A stretch of 34,375 nt of DNA, taken from NCBI GenBank assembly GCA_030917685.1, contig JAUPUG010000056.1, forward strand, positions 1 to 34,375. The letters are read 5' to 3'. Position 1 is the first letter of the stretch. Every line of letters starts with the position of its first letter. The DNA is from Patescibacteria group bacterium. GTDB lineage: Bacteria > Patescibacteriota > Minisyncoccia > Phycocordibacterales > CAIZLB01. This document shows positions 24,563 through 32,793 of this stretch, in pieces. The translations under genes were made by a program, and so were the position numbers. The notes beneath the pieces were generated by a model. It was given only the letters and a program-made list of their open reading frames with translations, was not told the origin of the DNA and made no database searches.

Positions 24563-24970
24563 TCATTTGACCTCCTCCTTTTTATCAGAGGCGAAGACCA
24601 AATCTTCTTCAAGGAAAATTCTATTCCCGTTTTTCGGATTAAGAATTTCACGAACACCCATGCTGATATAGATTGTATCAACCGCTTCTGCTGAGAAATC
24701 AGCAAGTTCCCTTCCTGGGGCCGAACTGAAGATGACACCACAAACCCCATCGAAATGTTTTGAGCGTAGGAAGAAGTGAGTTCTCCATGTTGTCACCTGT
24801 TTTTCGTCTCCAAGACGGTTGCATTCCTTGAGTCGATCCACATTGCATGTGTAATATGAACGACCCTGAACTGTCACTTTTCTGAAGGCCCTGAGTGCCT
24901 CGCGAATGTAAGCATTCCGTGACTGCCTATCCTGACTTTGCTCTTGTGATATCGACACAGAGAGACTCAT
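24563..24970 (-). CDS. Hypothetical protein with a possible short ribbon-helix-helix N-terminus fused to an unknown domain of about 100 aa.
   Basis: The track ORF (to 24985) starts at a GTG. The ATG five codons in (MSLSVSISQEQSQDRQSRNAYIREALRAFRK) is preferred. The beta-strand + ...IREALR pattern is RHH/CopG-like. Confidence 0.55.
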   Translation of the reverse strand: MSLSVSISQEQSQDRQSRNAYIREALRAFRKVTVQGRSYYTCNVDRLKECNRLGDEKQVTTWRTHFFLRSKHFDGVCGVIFSSAPGRELADFSAEAVDTIYISMGVREILNPKNGNRIFLEEDLVFASDKKEEVK

Positions 24971-25069
24971 AGTTTGTCCGAGCACGTAAATCCTTTCGTT
25001 GGTTGTTGAATTGAAACTAAAAAGAACATAACTTTTATATCACGTTCTTTAGTACTCGTCAATATCGAG

Positions 25070-25143
25070 TGGACCCTACAGGACTCGAACCTGCCACCTC
25101 CTCAGTGCAAATGAGGCGCTCTAGCCAGATGAGCTAAGGGCCC
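25070..25143 (-). tRNA. tRNA-Ala (anticodon UGC).
   Basis: Minus strand: GGGCCCTTAGCTCATCTGGCTAGAGCGCCTCATTTGCACTGAGGAGGTGGCAGGTTCGAGTCCTGTAGGGTCCA. It folds as a cloverleaf with the G3:U70 Ala identity pair, anticodon loop TTTGCAC and T-loop GGTTCGAGTCC. CCA is not encoded. Confidence 0.93.
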
Positions 25144-25267
25144 GTTTATGTTTCGTCAGAGTTTGGCGACTCTACGAATTTGTTTTGTGGCAACCCACTA
25201 AAACTTCAACTAAAAACACGGCTTCGATATATTTGCACCTATACTTAACCGCGTAATCAGTATATTA

Positions 25268-26521
25268 CTATTTCTTGCTTTGAAGAGCAAGTCGTAGAAT
25301 GTGATCTAAAAACTCGTGGTGTTTTATACCCCCAGCATCGAGTGCTTTGTACACTGGAGAATGTTCATGCAGACTCGGGTCAGTATTTACCTCAAGGAGA
25401 TACACTCCCCGCTTTGGGTGCACGATAAAGTCAGCAGTGGCAAAATGTAGTAACCCTAAACTTTCTCGCACCTTTCGTACTGCGTCCTCAATAATCTTTT
25501 TTTCATCAGATGTAATATTTGCAGGAGAAGTATGATCATACAATCCAGCATGTTTTGCAATCCAATTGAATATAGAATGTTTTGGTTTTTTTGGAGCAAA
25601 TAAAGGTATAGACTCAACACCAAATTGTGACTCTTGTGACACCATATTTTTTCGTGCAATTTCTTGTTCCTCTGGAGAAAGGTCTTCAATACTTGTCTCC
25701 ACAGTTTTTTCGTCAGCTTCAATGTCCGACAATGAAGGCTTCACTCCATCAAATATTTCAAGGCCATTTTGTCCTACACTTGCATAGCCGTTCTGCCCCA
25801 TCAACCCTTCAATACTTGAACCGATATGAGACTCTTGTGTAGCTTGATGAGGCTTAACTTCAACAGGAAACATATGGTACAGATTTTGTCCTCTAAAATC
25901 ATCGATAAAGCCTGAAATGATTTCTTTTCCAGTTAAATATTCTTCTACTAATACCTCATCAGAAAATCCTCGCGCATGTTCGAGTGCTTCTACGAGCTCA
26001 TCAAAGTTTGAAGCGAAAGACACTCCAAGTGATGAACCCTTACCAACAGGCTTCACAATTACAGGCATTGGAAAATTTCTAAATACATCTACGGCTATAG
26101 GATTTAAGTCTTGTTCTTGCCCAATGTTGAGTTCTCTAAAATATGGGGTCTTAATTCCCTGCTCTTTAAAATGTTTCTTGGATAGCGGCTTATTCTTAGT
26201 CATTGTCGAAGCAAACCCCTTTGTCCCAACAAATGGCATAGCAAATGATTCCAAGACTCTGTGAAGTGGCTCCCCTTTATCAAAATTTCCTTTTGTAGCA
26301 TTAAAGACGACATCAATTGTCCGTAGTACTTGCTCAGGTGTAGCAGGCATACCATCAACATGCCACACACCTTGTTTATCTATGAGTACATCAATACCTT
26401 TATACGCTCTTGAAAGTGGTTCCATTTTGAGCATATTCAAAATATGCTGCCCTGTCTTTAGGGAAACATCATATTCATCGGTAGGGCCACCACGTACAAC
26501 TCCAACATTAATCAGTGACAT
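25268..26521 (-). CDS. ddl: D-alanine--D-alanine ligase family (ATP-grasp) with an insertion of about 85 aa.
   Basis: VGVVRGGPTDEYDVSLKTG N-terminus, central PVIVKPVGKGSSLGVSFA, and C-terminal FATADFIV...YLLEVNTDPSL. 417 aa against the usual 300-360. Confidence 0.9.
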   Translation of the reverse strand: MSLINVGVVRGGPTDEYDVSLKTGQHILNMLKMEPLSRAYKGIDVLIDKQGVWHVDGMPATPEQVLRTIDVVFNATKGNFDKGEPLHRVLESFAMPFVGTKGFASTMTKNKPLSKKHFKEQGIKTPYFRELNIGQEQDLNPIAVDVFRNFPMPVIVKPVGKGSSLGVSFASNFDELVEALEHARGFSDEVLVEEYLTGKEIISGFIDDFRGQNLYHMFPVEVKPHQATQESHIGSSIEGLMGQNGYASVGQNGLEIFDGVKPSLSDIEADEKTVETSIEDLSPEEQEIARKNMVSQESQFGVESIPLFAPKKPKHSIFNWIAKHAGLYDHTSPANITSDEKKIIEDAVRKVRESLGLLHFATADFIVHPKRGVYLLEVNTDPSLHEHSPVYKALDAGGIKHHEFLDHILRLALQSKK

Positions 26522-26588
26522 ATACAGTTGATTATACAGTCACTTTGAATTTATAAAAGACACTAACCCCCAGAAATATGGAATATTC

Positions 26589-26634
26589 AAAAATAAAAAG
26601 AGCCCACAGTTGCGTTAAACGCGGAGTGGACTCT
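26589..26634 (-). terminator. Minus-strand terminator-like hairpin, 70-110 nt upstream of the ddl ATG.
   Basis: agagcccac(26599-26607)/gtggactct(26626-26634, one wobble). The A-run at 26589-26599 reads as a U-tract on the minus strand. Confidence 0.6.
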
Positions 26635-26652
26635 TGAGACATATGTGTTTGC

Positions 26653-26668
26653 TTGTACCTAGGTACAA
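26653..26668. promoter_or_regulatory. Perfect 16-bp palindrome TTGTACCTAGGTACAA (candidate operator).
   Basis: Exact self-complementarity read directly from the sequence. Confidence 0.4.
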
Positions 26669-26712
26669 AAGAACTTGTAAGTGGACGTTCCACTTTTTTT
26701 GATCAACTTACT

Positions 26713-26829
26713 GTTGGTCTGGAAGCATGGGTCAGTGGGATTACTGAGCGAATTAGCGAAACGTCACGGGCGTCACTACTATCGTCTCCAGAAACTTCCC
26801 ACTGACCACATGCAGATCCAGCAACCAAC
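26713..26829 (-). other. 117-nt long imperfect hairpin inside an ORF-free transcript unit (candidate ncRNA).
   Basis: ggtcagtggga(26730-26740)/tcccactgacc(26797-26807) form 11 perfect bp. The stem is extended by gcat/atgc, ctgg/ccag and gttgg/ccaac segments. A minus promoter lies upstream and the terminator at 26589-26634 downstream. Confidence 0.45.
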
Positions 26830-26902
26830 AACGAGTGAGGATCAAGTATCAATGACAGGTCGATACTTACAACACGACTTTGGCAAAAGTGTTGATGACA
26901 GT

Positions 26903-26971
26903 ATAGTACATCCTTTTGTGTAGTATGTCAAATCAGTACTATTGACATATATATAATCCATGCTGTATTAT
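26903..26971. promoter_or_regulatory. Back-to-back divergent sigma-70-like promoters.
   Basis: Minus: TTGACA (26926-26931) -17 nt- TACTAT (26903-26908). Plus: TTGACA (26942-26947) -18 nt- TATTAT (26966-26971). Confidence 0.45.
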
Positions 26972-27208
26972 ATTCAGTGGACCCACGGAGCATTTGTGAC
27001 ATATTTGAGTATCTATATAGTCGACAGTTCGAGTATTGGAGAAAAAATATGGCACTCTAGACAATCACAATACATTCAGAGGCCTCACAGGAGGCCTTCT
27101 GGTTGTATTCATAAACAAAATACACGGGCATGAAAGTACCCCGTAACTTCCCTGGCGGTTGTGAGCACCAAGGATTTTATATCTAAAATGTGAAGTGGGA
27201 TTAAGAGT

Positions 27209-27775
27209 ATGATTGATGATCCAAGAAAATATATGCACAGTGGCAATGTCTGTTTTATTGTTCTGGCGACTGACGACGATTCAGCCACAGTCAAGATCAC
27301 GGACCATTGCTGGATGACTGACTACAGGCTTGTTGGTTCCACCTTCAATATCGGAATCAAATTTCCAAGAGCTTACGTGCGTAATGGCACAGAAGGTCCT
27401 GGATTTAAATACGTCCTCAAGGGGATAACGAGCAAGCTTGAGCGAGAAGACAAGGTGAATGCATGCATTCGATACGGCGACAATTTGAAACACATCGAAG
27501 TCATTTCAATTACACCTGAGCATGAACTGAGGAACCTCCTCAGCCAACCCAAGAAGGGTCAGTCAACATCACCAACGATGACTGAAGTTCTGGAACCTAT
27601 CAATCCGCCTGGAGCTGCCTTCGACAAGGCTACTTCGGCAACAACTGGTGGCACGTCAGATGGTGGAGACGGGTCAGACGTGGATCCTGTCTCCGACGAT
27701 CTGCGAACCACCCAACGGAAAGTGGCGAGGGCGCCTCGGCCTGGGAAAAAGAAAGATACTACGGCGGCTGCTTAA
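27209..27775 (+). CDS. Hypothetical protein (188 aa): an N-terminal beta-rich domain of about 110 aa and a disordered Gly/Ser/Asp then Lys/Arg-rich tail.
   Basis: High-GC ORF. A 5' UTR of about 230 nt runs from the plus promoter and holds a 7-bp GC hairpin at 27080-27097. A strong terminator follows. Confidence 0.55.
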   Translation: MIDDPRKYMHSGNVCFIVLATDDDSATVKITDHCWMTDYRLVGSTFNIGIKFPRAYVRNGTEGPGFKYVLKGITSKLEREDKVNACIRYGDNLKHIEVISITPEHELRNLLSQPKKGQSTSPTMTEVLEPINPPGAAFDKATSATTGGTSDGGDGSDVDPVSDDLRTTQRKVARAPRPGKKKDTTAAA

Positions 27776-27820
27776 TTTTTGCAGCAACCACAGTCGAATG
27801 AGGTACTAGGCCTCAAATGG

Positions 27821-27884
27821 GCGGACGAGCTTTGCACGAAGTGTAGGTTACAACGACCTAACACGTGCAAGCCGTCCGCTTTTT
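27821..27884 (+). terminator. Rho-independent terminator of ORF 27209..27775.
   Basis: gcggacg(27821-27827)/cgtccgc(27873-27879) plus ttgcacg/cgtgcaa, followed by T5 (27880-27884). Confidence 0.8.
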
Positions 27885-27954
27885 CTATTGCAAACTTTTT
27901 ATTAAGATTCTCTACATCCTATTATAGATTCTTTGACAAAATATCTTAACCCTC

Positions 27955-29424
27955 CTACAACCCTCTCGACAAACTTCTTCTCTTTCGGTGTGTTGCGATT
28001 GCAAAACGGTGACACTCTTGGTTGATTGAGATAATATCACCATCGTCAAAAATCGCATCGTTGATTTCGTTTTGTGTAAAATTAAATTGAACTGATCGAA
28101 GAATCGCTTTAGCCTTATGTGTTTCATCTTTTGTGACCGCAACGAGGCATATATTTTTAATATTAAAATTATTCAAAACTTCCTCAGCCGCATTAAGTTG
28201 CGCCACCCCACCGTCCAGAACAATATGTGTTGGTAATGGCCAGTTCGAAGAATCACCAGATACACCCACGTGTTTAAATCGCCGTTCAAGCATTTGCTTT
28301 AGTGCACCAGTATCGTTCGAAGCTTTTATTCCTCTAATATTAAATTTCTTATACTGATCTTTTACAAAATCTCCATCATGCATTACCACCATTACTCCCA
28401 CCATATCTTTTCCAGACATATGCGCGATATCATATGCTTCAGCACGCACATTGAAAGCTTGGCTTTGATTGCCTGCAACTGACTCACTATTAAATGCTCC
28501 CGAGCGTTTCCCTATGTGCCCGAATTCCGCATCTTTCTTGATCATTGAAATATCGTGAATATGAGCGAGTGCACCGAGAGTCTTTTTTACATCATTCGCC
28601 TCTTCAAATTTTTGTTCCTTTGCTAAAGCAAGCATCTCCTTCTTTAGCTCATCCACTACAAGTTGTTTTTTTCCTTTAAAAAAGTTTCGGATGTGAGATA
28701 TTTGTACCGTATATTCTTCTTTTGAAATTTCTCCCGTACATACACCAGGACAAAGACCAATACTTCGGTTGAAGCATGGTTTACCTTTTGCTGCATGACT
28801 TGTGTTGGAAATAGTAGAGCCGTCGCTAGTTATAGTGCCGACATTATTATTAGCTACACTCGCGTCGCCGTTTAAAACTACAGGTAGGCCAGACACAAAA
28901 GGCACGCACTTATCTCTAAATGGAAATATACGACGAATCAGTTTCATCGCTTCGCGCAATTCAGTACCAAATGGAAATGGACCAAACACATCTGTATATT
29001 CAAAACCCAGTACATCGACTTGTTCTTGCTTTGTCGTGCCGGCTTGATTTGCCTGCTCGAGGTTTCTTCCTCGCACCACAAGCACCCTCGGAAAATCTTC
29101 CTTGGTGATCACGACATAGTTAAAGCTCTTATTATCCTTCTCTTTAGTATTGTATCGAGGAAGGTATTTTTTGATTAGCTCAGATTCAAGAATGAAAGCT
29201 TCTAGTACTGAATCAGTTTCTTGATATGTCATTGTGTCGGCTTGAGTAACCATATCCACCAAAAGTCGGCCTCTTGTCTGTATCAAGTCATCATTAAAAT
29301 AGCTTCGTACACGATCTCGAAGACTTGTAGCCTTGCCGATGTACAACGTATCAACTCCTTTTTTAAAGAAATACACACCAGGACCATCGGGCAGATTGAG
29401 TTTTTTGAAGTCGTCGAGTTGCAT
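27955..29424 (-). CDS. uvrC: Excinuclease ABC subunit C, short form lacking the C-terminal (HhH)2 domain.
   Basis: GIY-YIG (GVYFFKKGVDTLYIGKATSLRDRVRSYF), UVR domain (...KEQKFEEANDVKKTLGAL) and RNase H-like domain ending ...ECHRFAIATHRKRRSLSRGL*. Confidence 0.92.
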   Translation of the reverse strand: MQLDDFKKLNLPDGPGVYFFKKGVDTLYIGKATSLRDRVRSYFNDDLIQTRGRLLVDMVTQADTMTYQETDSVLEAFILESELIKKYLPRYNTKEKDNKSFNYVVITKEDFPRVLVVRGRNLEQANQAGTTKQEQVDVLGFEYTDVFGPFPFGTELREAMKLIRRIFPFRDKCVPFVSGLPVVLNGDASVANNNVGTITSDGSTISNTSHAAKGKPCFNRSIGLCPGVCTGEISKEEYTVQISHIRNFFKGKKQLVVDELKKEMLALAKEQKFEEANDVKKTLGALAHIHDISMIKKDAEFGHIGKRSGAFNSESVAGNQSQAFNVRAEAYDIAHMSGKDMVGVMVVMHDGDFVKDQYKKFNIRGIKASNDTGALKQMLERRFKHVGVSGDSSNWPLPTHIVLDGGVAQLNAAEEVLNNFNIKNICLVAVTKDETHKAKAILRSVQFNFTQNEINDAIFDDGDIISINQECHRFAIATHRKRRSLSRGL

Positions 29425-29473
29425 GGATAGTATTAGATATAATATATATTAGTATTTACATAGTGTAAAACCT

Positions 29474-29824
29474 ATGTTATTTTTTTGCATGGATTGTCGA
29501 CGGTGCTTTAACCTCTTAATCCAAACTTCAAATTCAGATCAACATCAATCAGGACACACTACCCATATGTTCAAAAAATCAGCACGCAACTATTTGTCGG
29601 AAGAACTGCTCGGAAAGTGGAAAAGCAACGGAAGGGCCACACAATTCATTGAAGGTATTTGGCAGGCTACCAACGATGGTATCTACCTCAGACTCAGTCA
29701 AGTCAACGAACTCGAAAAGTGGATCGAGGCACACATCAGAGACATGCCCGCAGCACTGAACTTCAAGGAAGAACTCGATATCAGAATGCGAATCGCCACA
29801 TACATCAATACCTGTCAGGGGTAG
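29474..29824 (+). CDS. Hypothetical small protein. The likely true start is the ATG at 29567 (85 aa).
   Basis: It is the only ORF in the uvrC-uvrA gap. The Cys/His-rich first 31 codons look non-genic, and MFKKSARNYLSEELLGKWK... is the more plausible start. No motif recognised. Confidence 0.4.
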   Translation: MLFFCMDCRRCFNLLIQTSNSDQHQSGHTTHMFKKSARNYLSEELLGKWKSNGRATQFIEGIWQATNDGIYLRLSQVNELEKWIEAHIRDMPAALNFKEELDIRMRIATYINTCQG

Positions 29825-29893
29825 TTCGCAATCAAGTTTTCAACTCGTAAGTATCTTCTACCAATCTCTCGCTTATTAAAGTGGGAGATTTTT

Positions 29894-32740
29894 TTACATC
29901 CGATTCTTCCTCTGCTTCAGCACTTTCGCTAGATATTGCCCTGTATAACTCTTTTCAACATTCGCAACTTCTTCAGGAGTTCCTTTTGCTACGATATTTC
30001 CACCCTTCACACCTCCTTCAGGTCCAATGTCGATAATGTAATCAGAACACTTGATAATATCCATACTGTGCTCAATAACTACCACAGTATTTCCCTTTTG
30101 CACGAGCTTTTGCATGATTTCAATAAGTTTTCGTACGTCTTCATAGTGGAGTCCGATAGTTGGCTCGTCGAGAAGATAAATAGTTTTCTGGACATGAGGA
30201 CGATAGAGTTCCGCAGAAACTTTTACACGCTGTGCCTCTCCTCCAGAAAGTGTCGTCGCTGATTGACCGAGTTTGAGATATCCGAGACCTACTTCGTTGA
30301 GCGTACTGAGTCGATCTGAAATAGATGGAATGTCTTCAAAGAATTCCATTGCTTCTTCGATGGTCATTTCAAGAACTTCAAAGATATTCTTTTTCTTGTA
30401 CTTTACTTCAAGCGTTTCTTTCATAAATCGCTTTGCATTACACACATCACAAGTCACATACACTGTAGGCAGGAAGTGCATTTCAACTTCAATCATTCCA
30501 TTACCCTGACAAGTTTCGCATCGTCCACCTTTTACGTTAAATGAGAATCGACTTGGTCCCCAACCTCGCGCTTTAGCTTCTGAAGTTTCAGCAAACATAT
30601 CTCGAATATGAGTCCATGCACCAGTATATGTCGCAGGGTTTGAACGCGGAGTTCTTCCGATTGGACTTTGGTCAATAAGGATAGTTCGTCCCAAATACTC
30701 TGTACCACTAAAGCTTGTACAGTTGTATATATTTGCAGTTCGATGATCACGGTCTAATCGTGCGAGAAGATTTTTGTGAAGAATTTCATATACAAAAGAA
30801 GATTTTCCAGAACCAGATACACCAGTTACGGTTGTAAGTCGTCCGAGAGGAACTTCAACATTCATATTTTTAATATTATTTACATTTCCTCCAACAATCT
30901 TGAGCCAGCCCTTGTTCTCATCTCGTCGTCGCTCAGGCACTTCTACCACTCGTGTTCCTCGAAGATAGTCGAGTGTTACAGATTCTGTAGGATTTTTCTT
31001 TGCAGTGAGGAGTTCCTCGAGCCACCCTTGAGCAACTACGTGTCCACCATGTACTCCAGCACCAGGTCCAATATCTACAATATAGTCAGCGGCAAAAATA
31101 GTATCTTCGTCGTGTTCTACCACAATCACTGTATTACCCATATCTCGAAGCTGTACGAGTGTTTTAATGAGTCGGTCATTATCTCGCTGATGCAGACCAA
31201 TAGTTGGTTCATCGAGCACATAGAGCGCACCTACAAGTCCAGAGCCAAGCTGTGATGCAAGTCGGATACGCTGTGCTTCTCCTCCAGAGAGAGTGTTTGC
31301 CTTTCGATCAAGTGAAAGATAATCAATACCCACATCGTTCATAAACACGAGCCGTGACATAATTTCTTTTACAATAACTCGTGAAATTTCTTTTTCTTTT
31401 GGATTAAGTGGAAGTGTATTGAAAAATTCGAGTGAATCAGCAATAGACATCGCTGTGAGGTCTACGATATTGATCTTCATATTGTTACCCACGAGAAATA
31501 CATGCAATGCTTCAGGTCGAAGTCTTGCACCTTTACACACAGGACATGGGTCTTTTATAAAAAACTCTCTTGTACCAAGACCATTACACTCAGGACACGC
31601 ACCGTATGGAGAGTTGAATGAGAAAAGACGTGGCTCAACTTCTGGGAATGAAAATCCATCATGAGGACACATGAACTTTGATGAAATGAGATGGTTTCCA
31701 AGTGTTTGATCTTTAGCATTTGGATCATATTCATCTGTAATAATTCGAAGGAGTCCATCAGCTTCATGAAGCGCTCGCTCTACAGCTTCATTGAGTCGCT
31801 CCCGAAACGCTGGAGTATTCTCCAAAATTTCTGAATAGTAAAATTGATCAACAAGTACATCAATGTCATGCTTCTTTGTTTTTGAAAGCACAATTTGCTC
31901 TCGTAGCTTTTTAGATACACCATCTACACGCACTTCACTGTATCCTTTACCAAGTAGGTCGTAGAGCATCTGATAGTACTCACCTTTTCGCCCTACAACT
32001 ATTGGTGCATAGATTTTGAACACTCGATTGTCGAGCATTACACCCATAACGGTTTTGGTGCCACTCGTATCAGCTGGTTTCTTTTTTAGAAGTGCTTTTG
32101 TCTTACTTCCACCGACGCTGTCTACTTTTCTTGCTTTTGAGTCTGCGGCGGCGACTGAATCATTTTGTGAATCAGATGCACCTATCGTAACGTCTGCACC
32201 ATTTTGAGCATTCGCTGTACTCTGAACAGTATTAAAAATAGTTTGGAGAATTTCCTCTTTTGAAAGTTTCTTGATTTCACGCGCACACTCTAGACAGTGA
32301 GGTTTTCCGATTCGTGCAAAAAGAATTCGCAAGTAGTCATAAATCTCGGTAATAGTAGCAACCGTTGATCGAGGGTTATTTGACCGAGACTTTTGATCAA
32401 TAGAAATAGCTGGTGAAAGACCGATGATTTCATCTACATCTGGCTTCTGCATTTGTCGTAAGAATTGCCGCGCATATGAAGAAAGTGACTCTACATACCT
32501 TCGCTGACCTTCGGCAAAAATAGTATCAAAAGCAAGAGAAGACTTTCCTGAACCAGAGAGACCTGTAATCACCACCATCTTATTTCTTGGCATCTCTACA
32601 GTGATGTTTTTAAGATTGTGAGTTCGAGCTCCACGCACAATAAGCATATCTCCAGCGCCAGCTGACATGTCAGTTTTTGTAGCTTTTACAGGCGTACTTT
32701 TCTTGTTTGTGCCAGATGATGAATGTGAATGAGTACTCAT
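29894..32740 (-). CDS. uvrA: Excinuclease ABC subunit A.
   Basis: 948 aa. Two ABC modules ([14 protein letters not shown]; [13 protein letters not shown]), LSGGEAQR signatures in both modules, and zinc modules (CPECNGLG...CPVCKG; CETCQGNG...CDVCNAKR). Confidence 0.97.
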   Translation of the reverse strand: MSTHSHSSSGTNKKSTPVKATKTDMSAGAGDMLIVRGARTHNLKNITVEMPRNKMVVITGLSGSGKSSLAFDTIFAEGQRRYVESLSSYARQFLRQMQKPDVDEIIGLSPAISIDQKSRSNNPRSTVATITEIYDYLRILFARIGKPHCLECAREIKKLSKEEILQTIFNTVQSTANAQNGADVTIGASDSQNDSVAAADSKARKVDSVGGSKTKALLKKKPADTSGTKTVMGVMLDNRVFKIYAPIVVGRKGEYYQMLYDLLGKGYSEVRVDGVSKKLREQIVLSKTKKHDIDVLVDQFYYSEILENTPAFRERLNEAVERALHEADGLLRIITDEYDPNAKDQTLGNHLISSKFMCPHDGFSFPEVEPRLFSFNSPYGACPECNGLGTREFFIKDPCPVCKGARLRPEALHVFLVGNNMKINIVDLTAMSIADSLEFFNTLPLNPKEKEISRVIVKEIMSRLVFMNDVGIDYLSLDRKANTLSGGEAQRIRLASQLGSGLVGALYVLDEPTIGLHQRDNDRLIKTLVQLRDMGNTVIVVEHDEDTIFAADYIVDIGPGAGVHGGHVVAQGWLEELLTAKKNPTESVTLDYLRGTRVVEVPERRRDENKGWLKIVGGNVNNIKNMNVEVPLGRLTTVTGVSGSGKSSFVYEILHKNLLARLDRDHRTANIYNCTSFSGTEYLGRTILIDQSPIGRTPRSNPATYTGAWTHIRDMFAETSEAKARGWGPSRFSFNVKGGRCETCQGNGMIEVEMHFLPTVYVTCDVCNAKRFMKETLEVKYKKKNIFEVLEMTIEEAMEFFEDIPSISDRLSTLNEVGLGYLKLGQSATTLSGGEAQRVKVSAELYRPHVQKTIYLLDEPTIGLHYEDVRKLIEIMQKLVQKGNTVVVIEHSMDIIKCSDYIIDIGPEGGVKGGNIVAKGTPEEVANVEKSYTGQYLAKVLKQRKNRM

Positions 32741-32793
32741 GATTAGTGGCTAGTATATGCTTTTTATAGGGTTTTGTAAAAGTAAGCAAACAC

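Noticed and set aside
26532-26642. A 36-aa hydrophobic minus-strand ORF (MSQESTPRLTQLWALFIFEYSIFLGVSVFYKFKVTV) just upstream of ddl, which could be a type I toxin or a leader peptide.
   Set aside because: It has no RBS or -10 box in position. The frame is built from the terminator stem and its U-tract, so the poly-Phe/Leu content is an artefact of T-runs. I could not support it without conservation data.
26681-26923. Track ORF 26681..26923 (+, 80 aa, GTG start).
   Set aside because: It starts inside a hairpin + T7 terminator-like element and runs antisense through the 117-nt hairpin. It has no promoter or RBS. It is most likely a by-product of high GC.
20000-27000. A classical tRNA-targeted integrative island with att direct repeats.
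   Set aside because: No integrase or recombinase is present. The best partial matches to the tRNA-Ala 3' end are short, interrupted and not in the expected position or orientation: AGTGGACCCACGGAGC at about 26976-26991 and GAGTGGAC...AGACTGGAATC at about 23831-23860. I found no match near the nrdA-proximal (about 20 kb) boundary where a distal att repeat would be expected.
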